A stretch of 64,000 bases of DNA from a virus. The translations under genes were made by a program, and so were the position numbers. Below the pieces are notes generated by a model. It saw nothing but the letters and a program-made list of their open reading frames with translations. It made no database searches and was not told where the DNA came from. The stretch lies in the IMG/VR virus record IMGVR_UViG_3300044993_000765, positions 11,954 through 75,953 of that record; one strand, given 5' to 3'. This document shows, one piece after another, positions 49,239-58,215 of this stretch. How positions within the stretch are numbered: the stretch's first letter is position 1; every line of letters starts with the position of its first letter.

Positions 49239-49691
49239 TCACTCCGCCGCGCCCAGGGTGCGGATGAGCCAACGGGTCACGCTGCCGTCCTGGTAGCGCA
49301 CCACTTCCACGTCGGTGCCGCGATACAGCACGCTGGGCACGCCCGCCGGCACGGCATCGCCGGGCACGGCCACACGGTCGGCGTCGGTGCCGATCGGCAT
49401 GATCCAGGCGGTGCCGCCGATGCGCCCGGCTGCCGCGCGCACGGTGCCGGCGGAATCGTTGATCTGCACGTAGCGCACGCCGTCGCGCTGGAACTCGTAG
49501 ATCTGCCAGGCGGGATCGGCGGCAAGATCGACGGCGGCCGGGAAGGACTCGCCGAGTCCACTTGAGGCCGCTTGGCTCCAGTGCCCATCGGCGGGGCAAC
49601 CGCATTTCGCCCAGGCGCTCGGCGTGAAGAATAGTGCGCAGGCCAGCAGGGCGAGCGGCGCGCAGGCGGAACGGGAAAGATACATCGACAT
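49239..49691 (-). CDS. Small secreted protein, KCGCPxDG family
   Basis: Sec signal ending AWA; homolog of 27370..27819. Confidence 0.8.
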   Translation of the reverse strand: MSMYLSRSACAPLALLACALFFTPSAWAKCGCPADGHWSQAASSGLGESFPAAVDLAADPAWQIYEFQRDGVRYVQINDSAGTVRAAAGRIGGTAWIMPIGTDADRVAVPGDAVPAGVPSVLYRGTDVEVVRYQDGSVTRWLIRTLGAAE

Positions 49692-50189
49692 GATGAAACT
49701 CCTTTGGTCTTGGTCCGTGTTGAGGTGCTAACGGCGCGACGGTTCCCCCGGCCTGCCGTTAACGATGGATGGCCCGCTTGGCGTCTTCGCAGCGGGCATC
49801 TTGACGGTACCACCCCTATTCGCGTCCCGGCCCGTGCCGGCCGCACTGCGCCGCAGGCGGCATCGCCGGGGTTCGCGAGCAGCATCCGGATCGCACGCTG
49901 GCGCGCTTCGTGCGCCGTCCTGAGCGGTGGCTCCCCCCGTTCCTGCGGCCTTCTGGCCGTGTGGTGCGGGTGGTGCGGCGGCCGATGGATGCCATGCCCA
50001 CGCTGCGGAACTGCAGGGGACGACGTGGCCGCTGGGGGTGTGCGCCGCGATGCGCGTTCGCCGGAAAGGTTCTGGCCCATTCTGGCCGTTGGCTTCAGGT
50101 GGGCGTGCCGCCCCCGCGCGCGCGCGCGGAACGATTGGTTTTCCGCCCCTTCTGGGCGCGATCCTGACGCCCTCGCGCGCGCGGAACGG

Positions 50190-50717
50190 TCAGGTTGCCG
50201 CTGATCGCGGGCGTATGCGGGTGCGCTTGGGACGCGGTGCATGCGGTTTCGGGATCGCACGCCCGGCCTTGCGATGCCAGCACCACGGGCAGGCAGTAAC
50301 GGTCGCAGGCGCGTTCGGCCACAACAGGACCGGTCCGCAGCCGGCACATTCGACGACGCGCGTCCAGCCTGCGGGCACGCGCCCCGCCGCCATGTGCTGC
50401 GACCTCGCCAGCGCGCGCAGGAGCGCCGACAGCGCCTGCCGCGACAGTCCTTTGCAGGCGCGCAGATCGCGCATCGACAGCGCCGCCACGGTCGCTCCCG
50501 CCAAGCCTTCGTCGATCAGCAGATCGAACAGGGTCCGCAGCGTGTCGCCCTCGGCGGACGCCAGCAGCGCGACCAGTTCGGGCTTGTGGTCAGCGATACG
50601 CTGCTGGAACGATGACGGGATCGAGCCGCGTGTGGGTTCCAGGCGCAGTCGGTCACCGTGGGCGTACACCCGAATGCCGGCATCGTGCAGTTCGGCCATC
50701 GTGCGAACCGGCGTCAT
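50190..50717 (-). CDS. Satellite hypothetical protein with C-terminal CxxC...CxxC zinc ribbon
   Basis: GIRVYAHGDRLRL...HKPELVALL; CAGCG, CPWC. Confidence 0.6.
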   Translation of the reverse strand: MTPVRTMAELHDAGIRVYAHGDRLRLEPTRGSIPSSFQQRIADHKPELVALLASAEGDTLRTLFDLLIDEGLAGATVAALSMRDLRACKGLSRQALSALLRALARSQHMAAGRVPAGWTRVVECAGCGPVLLWPNAPATVTACPWCWHRKAGRAIPKPHAPRPKRTRIRPRSAAT

Positions 50718-50758
50718 AGGCCGCTCGCCTGTCGTCGGAACTGTTCGCCGCGACCGCC

Positions 50759-50983
50759 CGAAGGTAGCGAAGGTTGCGAAGATGGCGGCTGCACGGAGTT
50801 CGTATCTTCGGTGGTTTCGGCCCCCGAACCGCCACCTTCGGGGTGTTGCGACCCGCTCGGGGTCTGTTTCGTCATCGCCGTCATAACTCGACGACCGCTC
50901 CGGCGACCTCGCCAAGATGGCGGTCGGATGCCGAAGATTGCGAACAGGAATTTTCGCCATCTTCGCGACCTTCGCGATCTTCG
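50759..50983. repeat. Iteron-like 9-bp repeats, putative satellite replication origin
   Basis: cgaaggtag-cgaaggttg-cgaagatgg and inverted ccatcttcg-cgaccttcg-cgatcttcg at the 3' end of the helicase gene. Confidence 0.65.
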
Positions 50984-52722
50984 ACGGGCCGCCCACTGCC
51001 TTCGGCCAGTCGCCACAGCCAGCCGCCGAGCATGCCCCGCTTGACCGCGACCGCGCCGATCTTCCGCTTGGCCCGGTGCATGGCGTCCCTGGAGTAGCCC
51101 GCCGCGCTGGCTTCGGCGAACACGTCCTTTGCCGGACGCTCTCCCGCACGCAACAGATCGCGCAGGAAGCCGGCCGCGTCTTGACCCGCCCCATCGTCGC
51201 GGGATTCGGCCTCTGCCAACACCGCGCGCGCGGTACCCTCGATGACCTCGCCCCAGGCGACATAGGACGCGATCACGCCGGGATGCTCCGGCAGCGGGGC
51301 TTGTTGCAGGTCGTAGGCGAAGCCGCCACCATCCGGGCCGAGGTTGGATTTCGCGCGCAGCAGCACGTTGCGGGCGGGACGATCCTCGTCCGCCTCCTGT
51401 CGCGCCGCCACCAGGACAATGCGCGCCAGCGCGCCGAACGCCAGCGAGCCGGTGATGCGTTCCAGCGGATCACGCCCACTGGTGCCCTTGGAGAAGTGAG
51501 TGATGCCCACCACCGCGCAGCCGTGTTCGTCGGCCATATCCACCAGCGGCTGCAAACCGCGCCGGACCTCGGCGTTCTTGTGCGAGTCGCCGGCCACCGC
51601 CGACGACAGCGGATCGACCACGATCAGGCGCACGTCGGGGATGGCCTGCAAGCCATCGCGCAACAAGTCCATGTCGCGCGCGGGATCGAACGGATATGTC
51701 TCGCCCCGGTCGATCACGCGCTCGACGACGTGAATCCGGTCCATGTCCGCGCCGGCCGCGTGCAGGCGGGGACTGAGCGTGTCCTTGTGGCCATCCTCGC
51801 CCGACCAGATCACCACCGAACCGACGCGCGCGCGGCTGCCGTCCGGCCAACGGCCGCCACGGGTGACGATCGCCGCCAGCCCCGCCGCAAGCGTGGTTTT
51901 CCCCGTGCCGGGTACACCGCCGACCAGGTGCAACTTGCCAGCTGCCAGCCAGCCCGGCCACAGCCAGTCCACCGGCACCGGCTCCAGGTCGCTGCCGCGT
52001 CGCAGGATCACGCGCGGGCCGTCGTCGCGTCGTGGCGACGCCGATGTGACAGGCGTGAGCGAATTGCGCGTGGACGTGCCCTCGCGTGGTGTCGGCGGCA
52101 TGATGCGTGCGAGTGCCCACACGTCGTTGGCGTTGGCGTCGGGATGCTGCGTCAGCCAATCGACGCAATCGCCCTTCGCCGGGAGGTTCAGCGCCGCCAC
52201 GTCGATCCATTCCACCGATGCGGCGATGCCGCGCAGCTTGGCGGTGACGGTTTCGACATAGCGCCGGCCCGCCGCGTCGTTGTCGCCCCAGCAGAGGACG
52301 TGGCGCCCGCGCAGCGGCGACCAGTCGGCGGCATCGGCACTATCCGCGCTACCGCTGGTGACGGCGATCAGGTCGATCCGCGACAGCGCATCCACCTTGT
52401 TCTCGCCCTCCACCACCATCACCCAATCGCTGTCCTCCAGGGCTTGCAGATCTGCAAGCCCATACAGCAGTTTCCCGCTGGGAGGCGAGGAAGGTTCGCC
52501 GATCACGAACGCATGGCCGTTCCAGTGCATCGGCCGAATCCATTTCTCGCCGTTCGGATGCTTCGCGCGCAGTCGCCAGAACTGCACTTGGCCGCCAGCA
52601 TCGTAGTAATGGTGGAGCGCGGCCGGCACGAAGCCATCGGCGATAGCGGACGCGGCCAGTCGGCGCGCGGCCTGTGCGGGTGTTTCGTGGGCTGTGGCCG
52701 GGGGATCAGGTGCGCCGGCCAT
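50881..52722 (-). CDS. Toprim primase plus AAA_25/RepA-type helicase
   Basis: VVEGENKVDAL, WGDNDAAG, GVPGTGKT, IVVDP, GITHFSK. Confidence 0.9.
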   Translation of the reverse strand: MAGAPDPPATAHETPAQAARRLAASAIADGFVPAALHHYYDAGGQVQFWRLRAKHPNGEKWIRPMHWNGHAFVIGEPSSPPSGKLLYGLADLQALEDSDWVMVVEGENKVDALSRIDLIAVTSGSADSADAADWSPLRGRHVLCWGDNDAAGRRYVETVTAKLRGIAASVEWIDVAALNLPAKGDCVDWLTQHPDANANDVWALARIMPPTPREGTSTRNSLTPVTSASPRRDDGPRVILRRGSDLEPVPVDWLWPGWLAAGKLHLVGGVPGTGKTTLAAGLAAIVTRGGRWPDGSRARVGSVVIWSGEDGHKDTLSPRLHAAGADMDRIHVVERVIDRGETYPFDPARDMDLLRDGLQAIPDVRLIVVDPLSSAVAGDSHKNAEVRRGLQPLVDMADEHGCAVVGITHFSKGTSGRDPLERITGSLAFGALARIVLVAARQEADEDRPARNVLLRAKSNLGPDGGGFAYDLQQAPLPEHPGVIASYVAWGEVIEGTARAVLAEAESRDDGAGQDAAGFLRDLLRAGERPAKDVFAEASAAGYSRDAMHRAKRKIGAVAVKRGMLGGWLWRLAEGSGRPVEDREGREDGENSCSQSSASDRHLGEVAGAVVEL

Positions 52723-53122
52723 ACGCGCCTCCTACCAGGTCGCGCACGGCCTCAATGAACGGCCGGTCGATCAGACGCATGTGGAACGACACCAGATCGC
52801 CGTGGCCGCAGCCCGTGAAACAGCGCCAGTGCCCGCGCTCGCCGTCCAGACGCACCGACAGCGACGCATTGCGATCCTCGTGGAAGGGGCAACGCCCCTG
52901 CGCCCAGCCGTTGCCGTGGCGCGCGCCGAGCTTCGCCACGCGGGCGCGGTAGTAGGTCTCGGGGTCGGGGAGGCGGGTGCGCCAGTTCCGAGGGAGGCGC
53001 GGCGCTTGCACCGCACGGCGCGCGACGGTAGCGTGACGCCTGCGGTCGCTCTCTCCAAGCGCCTCCGTGTCCTCTGAACCCCCGCGCCCGCCAGCGCGGG
53101 GGTTCTTCATTGTGGCGGTCAT
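52706..53122 (-). CDS. Stand-alone CHC2 zinc-finger (primase ZBD) protein
   Basis: CPFHEDRNASL...WRCFTGCGHGD. Confidence 0.85.
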   Translation of the reverse strand: MTATMKNPRAGGRGGSEDTEALGESDRRRHATVARRAVQAPRLPRNWRTRLPDPETYYRARVAKLGARHGNGWAQGRCPFHEDRNASLSVRLDGERGHWRCFTGCGHGDLVSFHMRLIDRPFIEAVRDLVGGAYGRRT

Positions 53123-53349
53123 GCGCGCGCGCCTTGGTCGCGGACGGCGATGCGCTGGGTAATCCATGCGTCGATTTCGGCCGTGGACCACGCGCTGGTG
53201 CGCGAGCCGAGTTTCACGGGCGCGGGGAAAACGCCCAGGGCGATGCGGCGGTAAATCTCCGAACCCGACAGGCCGGTGCGGGCTTTGACGGATGGCAGGC
53301 GTTCGAGGGTGAGCGCGCCCGTTGCGGGCGTGGTGGGTGTGCGGGTCAT
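53119..53349 (-). CDS. alpA: AlpA-family regulator/excisionase
   Basis: RLPSVKARTGLSGSEIYRRI..G.FPAPVKLG...AW...EIDAWI. Confidence 0.9.
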   Translation of the reverse strand: MTRTPTTPATGALTLERLPSVKARTGLSGSEIYRRIALGVFPAPVKLGSRTSAWSTAEIDAWITQRIAVRDQGARA

Positions 53350-53550
53350 GGTCGGTCTCTGCAATGGGCCTGCGCCGGTCGGAACAGGTGGGGAACGTGT
53401 CGGGGAAACACCGCTGTCCGGCGCACAGGCACGCGGACGGCCGAACGCGCGACACGGACGCGCCTCGGATCAGGAAAAAACGGGGCAGTCGGCCAGCAGG
53501 CCAGAAGGCGCGTCAGGCGCGTCAGGCGCGCGGAGCATCGGGCAGACAAC

Positions 53551-53578
53551 AAAACGGGCCGCCTTTCGGCCGCCCGTT
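53551..53578 (-). terminator. Putative intrinsic terminator
   Basis: Imperfect aacgggccgcc-tttc-ggccgcccgtt hairpin with a T-run on the minus strand. Confidence 0.5.
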
Positions 53579-53655
53579 AGATCGAACACCGCCTCAGTCG
53601 CGCCACCGAACAAGCAACCGCGCCACGCTCAAAACGTGGCGCGAATGGCATGCGG

Positions 53656-53940
53656 TCAGCAGGGCATCACGCACCACCCGCAGCCGGTGGCCTCACGCAA
53701 GGCGCGCGCCGTCTCCAATGCGAACTCGCACAGGTAGGCCGTGCTGCCCTCGGTGCCGGTGTCGATCGCGCTGGCAAGAACGCGACGCACCGCATCCTCC
53801 AGGTCGGCCGCCTCACGGCGGGCGGTCGTCACCTCCACCCCGGCCAGCACCGCCAGCAGCGGGCGGCCCTCGTTCGGAATCTCCCGAAATTCGGTGCCGG
53901 TGGTGGTCGTGCGGGCCTCTGTTACGCTGGTTGTAGCCAT
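53656..53940 (-). CDS. DUF3077-like small protein
   Basis: LLAVLAGV....A...A..L pattern; GAGGA SD. Confidence 0.5.
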   Translation of the reverse strand: MATTSVTEARTTTTGTEFREIPNEGRPLLAVLAGVEVTTARREAADLEDAVRRVLASAIDTGTEGSTAYLCEFALETARALREATGCGWCVMPC

Positions 53941-54009
53941 GATCGTTCCTCTCTTGAACGGTGGTGGTCAGGGCGGCCGGGGTGTGACAGCACCCCGGTC
54001 ACCCGCTTG

Positions 54010-55257
54010 TTACCGGCTTGCGCCGGATGCGATGCGCCGGAACGGCACCACTTTCTGGCCCGTGTCCGCGCGTAATTCGTCGAGATAGTCCGCCCACGCC
54101 TGCATCATCTTCCGGCGTTCGGCGAGGTGGGCCGTGCGGTTGTAGGCGCGACCGTTGGGATCGCGTACCGCGTGCGCCAACTGGTGTTCGATGTAATCGG
54201 GGCGGAAGCCCAGCGACTCATCCAGCACCGTGCGCGCCATCGCCCGGAAGCCGTGCATCGTCATCACGTCCTTGTCGTAGCCCATCTGCCGCAGCGCCAC
54301 CACCAGCGTATTCGGGCCAATCGGGCGGTCGCGCCTCGGCCCGCGCATGGTCTGGAATACATGCGGACAACGCGCGGTCAGTGGGTACAGTTCGCGCAGG
54401 ATCGCCAACGCCTGCTGCGACAACGGCACCAGATGGGCATGCCGCATCTTCATCCGCTCGGCCGGGATCGTCCACTCTGCCTTGTCCAGATCAAATTCCG
54501 ACCACTGCGCAAAGCGCAGCTCGCCGGGGCGCACGAACACCAGCGGCGCCAGCCGCAGCGCGCAGCGCACCACGAAATGCCCCTTGTATACGTCGATGGA
54601 CCGCAGCAGTTCCCCAATCGCCTGCGGCTCCATGATTGCAGCAAAGTGCTTGTTCTTCGGCGACAGCGGCAGCGCGCCCACCAAGTCCGCCGCCGGGTTG
54701 CGCTCCGCGCGCGCGGTGACGATGGCGTAACGGAAAATCGCGTTGCAGTTCTGGAGCGTGCGCCGCGCGGTTTCAATCGCGCCGCGATCCACCATGCGAT
54801 TGAGCGTCACCAGCAACTCGCGGGCCGTGATCGCCGACACCGGACGCCGGCCCAGCCATGGGAACAATTCGCGCTCCAGGCGCAGCAACGTGCGCTCCGA
54901 GTGCGTCTGTACCCAATTGGGCGAGAACTTCGCATGCCACTCCCGCCCCACCACCTCGAAGCTGTTGGCGTACTTGTCGGTCTCCGCCGCGCGTCGCGCC
55001 TGCCGATGCAGACTCGGGTCGATGCCGGACGCCAGCAGCCGCCGCGCTTCGTCGCGCAGCGCGCGGGCAGCGGCGAGCGTCACATCGGGATACGTCCCCA
55101 GCGACAGCCGCTTTTCCTTGCCGAGAAAACGGTACTTCCATCGCCACCACTTCCCGCCTGCGGGCGAGAGTTCCAGATACATCCCGCCGCCATCGTGCAG
55201 GCGCTGGGTTTTCGTCATGGGCTTGGCGTTGCGGATCGCGGTGTCGGTCAGCGGCAT
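54010..55257 (-). CDS. P4-type tyrosine integrase of the satellite
   Basis: MPLTDTAIRNAKP...DGGGMYL arm-binding domain; VRPGE, HGFR, LAH, RAYNR catalytic motifs. Confidence 0.95.
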   Translation of the reverse strand: MPLTDTAIRNAKPMTKTQRLHDGGGMYLELSPAGGKWWRWKYRFLGKEKRLSLGTYPDVTLAAARALRDEARRLLASGIDPSLHRQARRAAETDKYANSFEVVGREWHAKFSPNWVQTHSERTLLRLERELFPWLGRRPVSAITARELLVTLNRMVDRGAIETARRTLQNCNAIFRYAIVTARAERNPAADLVGALPLSPKNKHFAAIMEPQAIGELLRSIDVYKGHFVVRCALRLAPLVFVRPGELRFAQWSEFDLDKAEWTIPAERMKMRHAHLVPLSQQALAILRELYPLTARCPHVFQTMRGPRRDRPIGPNTLVVALRQMGYDKDVMTMHGFRAMARTVLDESLGFRPDYIEHQLAHAVRDPNGRAYNRTAHLAERRKMMQAWADYLDELRADTGQKVVPFRRIASGASR

Positions 55258-55288
55258 TGGGGGCAACTCTCCTGCGAATCGGTGCGCT

Positions 55289-55308
55289 TGCCCCCAGACT
55301 TGCCCCCA
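55289..55308. promoter_or_regulatory. Integrase arm-type sites (tgccccca x2)
   Basis: Matches the pair at 39322..39341. Confidence 0.75.
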
Positions 55309-55428
55309 CACACACCCGGATGACCTGCGACGGTCGGAGAGGATGCGGGACGAGGGAGGGCAGGTTTTCTCGGGTCTTTTCGGGGGTCCGGGTCTTCCCG
55401 GGACGACCTGAGTATTCAATGTGATTGA

Positions 55429-55435
55429 TGGGGCG
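55429..55435. repeat. Satellite att core (right copy)
   Basis: tggggcg. Confidence 0.88.
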
Positions 55436-55610
55436 GCGCGAAGAACATCAGCCGTCCGCGTCCCCGGTGCACCGCAGCCTCCAGCCGTCGCGCGGCGTAG
55501 CGATGCCAGCGATACGGAACGTACTTGGGGTCGCCGAGGATCGAGTAGGCCAGCAGGTTGTCCCTCCCTTCGGACAAGAACGCCTGCACCGCCGGATCAG
55601 GCCGGTGCAT
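55429..55610 (-). CDS. terL: Terminase large subunit, 5' part (first 60 codons, ...RLMFFAPP)
   Basis: Overlaps the terS end; joins QHGKS in frame across the att core. Confidence 0.88.
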
Positions 55611-56196
55611 CGCGCTGCAGAATCTCCTCGGCCAACTTGCGACGCTGTTCCTGGGTCAGGTGTTCGCTCGGGTCGAACACACCTACGGCGCCAGTGTGCT
55701 TGTGCTGCTGGGCGAACATCCCGAGTTGCAGACCGAGCAGGTGAACCGGCTTGATGCGATCGACCATACGGATACGTTTCGTGTGTCCGATGACCTCACG
55801 CTCGCCGTTCACCACCGCCTCAATCTCCTGGATCTCGATGGACTGGATCAGTGCGGCCTGTTGCGCCGTCAGTTCGGTGATCTCGCGCACGCTGCCATCC
55901 GCATTGAACAGCCCGCGCACGTCGCCCATCCCCATCCAGACCAGTTGCCGCATGATCGCAGCTTGATCGACCTCGGCCATCGCCTGCAGCGCGCTCTGTC
56001 GGCCCACGAGATAGCGACCGACTGCCCCGTTCGCCAGCAGGCGCGAAGCGGCGTCCTGCGCTAGCTTGCGCGTGCCGGCCTTGTAACCCGCGCGCAGATA
56101 GGCCGCACCCGCGTCGAAGTCCATCAGATATTCGTCGCAGAACCGGCGCTGCATCGGGTTGAGTCCGGTCGTCGGATCGAGTCTTACGCGCGGCAT
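55597..56196 (-). CDS. terS: Terminase small subunit
   Basis: LNPMQRRFCDEYLMDFDAGAAYLRAGYK...ASRLL. Confidence 0.92.
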   Translation of the reverse strand: MPRVRLDPTTGLNPMQRRFCDEYLMDFDAGAAYLRAGYKAGTRKLAQDAASRLLANGAVGRYLVGRQSALQAMAEVDQAAIMRQLVWMGMGDVRGLFNADGSVREITELTAQQAALIQSIEIQEIEAVVNGEREVIGHTKRIRMVDRIKPVHLLGLQLGMFAQQHKHTGAVGVFDPSEHLTQEQRRKLAEEILQRDAPA

Positions 56197-56200
56197 GGGA

Positions 56201-56365
56201 TCAGACCTTTGCGATCACCAGGAGCGCCAGCGCGAGCGCACAGGCGATACCGAAGCCCACCACTGCACCACGCCAGAACAGGCAAACCGCGCAGTCGATG
56301 AACAGACGCTCCGGCAGCCACGCCAGGATGCGCCACCACAGCGGATCGTGGTCGTGCACGGTCAT
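56201..56365 (-). CDS. 54-aa membrane protein (holin candidate)
   Basis: Read by hand: MTVHDHDPLWWRILAW...GAVVGFGIACALALALLVIAKV; AAGGAG SD. Confidence 0.5.
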   Translation of the reverse strand: MTVHDHDPLWWRILAWLPERLFIDCAVCLFWRGAVVGFGIACALALALLVIAKV

Positions 56366-56577
56366 CGGACAGGCTCCTTGCGCGCAGTTGAGGGCGGTTC
56401 CGGAACGGGCTCAGGCGCGCGCGAGGGCGCGTCCAATGGCGTTTCCGGGGCGACAGGTGGCGGCATGGCGGGCCTCGGCGAAGGCGCAGTACGCGACTCA
56501 CCGGGCCGCGCCAATGGGCGGCAGCGACAGGGCATGAGATGTCCTTCGAGGGGGCTGGATTCGTGCGGCAGAACCGC

Positions 56578-56859
56578 TCAGGCGGGATATTCGTCGCGCA
56601 TCGCGGACAATTGCAGACGACTCCGCGCATACTCCACCATCGCCAGACCCTCGAAGGGATCAGCGCCGTTGCACCACATCCGCAGCGCACCCGAACGATC
56701 GTAGGTCACGATCAGAACGCGCTGAGGTGTGATTCCGGCGGCCTCGACGAGCATGCGCTCGCACGAAGCCAGGGAATGAGTATCCGCTGGCCGACGCCTT
56801 GCACGCTGCGTGCGCGCTGTTCGGGTCGATCCGGCGGCGGTCTTGCGTGGGGACGTCAT
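56578..56859 (-). CDS. Phage hypothetical protein
   Basis: AAGGA SD; 93 aa. Confidence 0.55.
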   Translation of the reverse strand: MTSPRKTAAGSTRTARTQRARRRPADTHSLASCERMLVEAAGITPQRVLIVTYDRSGALRMWCNGADPFEGLAMVEYARSRLQLSAMRDEYPA

Positions 56860-57057
56860 GTTCCTTCTACCTTCGATGCTTTCGTACTTGCGCAGCCAGC
56901 CTTCGCGGAGTGTCCCGCACTGCTGCGGAACGTTCTCGCGATGCTTCCCTGCGCACCATGCCGGCGAGAGCCTTCCCTCGCCGACGATCCTCTGGCGCTT
57001 TCTGGCCTTTGCGTTCAGGTTCCCCTGAACGTCGACGACCGGTCGCGCCTTGCAGGG

Positions 57058-57630
57058 TCAGCCCTGCATCAAGCGGGCCAAGGCGGCCCGCATTCGCTGC
57101 GGATAGCGGTTTTCAGCGTATTTCGGTCCGTTGTAGCCCAAAGCAAACGCATCGAAGTCGCTCCGCACCAACGTCTCGGCGAGTCCTTCACTGCGGATGA
57201 AGCGCACGAAGGCGTCGAGGTGACGCTGTTCTTTTTCTTGCATCGCGAACGCCAGATGGTGCGCGTTCGCGAATCCTGCCTTCTTGGCGTTGAAGCCCAT
57301 GATCTGGAAGGCGCCCCACGATGCAGACTGCAGCGCAGCCTCGGGATCGAGTTGCAGCGCCAATTCCAGGCGCGGGTATTCCGCCTCGCCGCCGCGATAG
57401 AGCTTCCGGTTCCAGACCGCCGAGGAGATCGACGGATGGCTCTTGTCGAAGCGATGCCGGGTCAAGCGCGAGAAGATGTGCGCCTCGAACAGGATCGCAA
57501 CGCGGTTGGAAGCCAGAAAGCCGCTGCCGGTTGCTTCAACCTCGGCCACCGCCTGGATCACTTCACGACGACAACCGAGCGCTTCGGCCGCGGACTGGAA
57601 ATCGGCGACAGTGAGTCGATTCAGCGGCAT
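57058..57630 (-). CDS. Endolysin, N-acetylmuramidase (DUF3380)
   Basis: AVAEVEATG, ILFEAHIF, SASWGAFQIMGFN, YNGP.Y..N.Y. Confidence 0.92.
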   Translation of the reverse strand: MPLNRLTVADFQSAAEALGCRREVIQAVAEVEATGSGFLASNRVAILFEAHIFSRLTRHRFDKSHPSISSAVWNRKLYRGGEAEYPRLELALQLDPEAALQSASWGAFQIMGFNAKKAGFANAHHLAFAMQEKEQRHLDAFVRFIRSEGLAETLVRSDFDAFALGYNGPKYAENRYPQRMRAALARLMQG

Positions 57631-58215
57631 GGCGACCTCTAAAAGGGGGTCCATGCCGGCGTTCGGCGTGCGCAGGAATCCGAACAGGACTGCGGTCGAC
57701 CCCAGGGGAAAAGTCGAACTCGCAGGGCTGCGCACTGGCGCGGCGACGCCTCACGACGAACCAGGTGGCGCATTGACCGCCCGGCATGGACCAAAAAATG
57801 GACCCGTCGACTTCGCTCTGTCGAGGGGATCTCTGTCGTGGCTGGCCTGACTTACGTCAGTCGCAACAATCCACGATGGCCCTTTGTACCGAACGGGGCT
57901 GCTCCGGTCAAATTATTTATACCTCAATCCCTAAAAATTACACATTTCACGCAAGATCGTTTGTTTCGTGGGCACAGCCAGTAACTCCTCGCATCGCGTA
58001 AGCATGTGGCCGCGAGGTCAAGCCGACGTGAAATCGCACGGCCACGGCTCAGTCGCCCAACCCTCCGCAACAGCAGCAGCGGTCGCGTAGGTTGATGTAA
58101 CAGACCCTGCGAATTTGCGATTTACGAAATTTTTACATTTCTCCGGGCACTTGCCAAGATGGCGCTGGGAAGGGTCAAGCCCCGCGTCCACTTGCTGGAC
58201 GCATCACACGCCACT

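Larger units (their letters stand above)
39251..55435 (-). mobile_element. P4/PICI-like integrative satellite (about 16.2 kb) inserted in terL
   Basis: 7-bp direct repeat tggggcg at both ends; integrase, AlpA, primase-helicase; terL halves rejoin in frame. Confidence 0.92.

Noticed and set aside
55258-55419. 54-aa N-terminal extension of the satellite integrase
   Set aside because: Covers the arm sites; the family-typical start is MPLTD at 55257.
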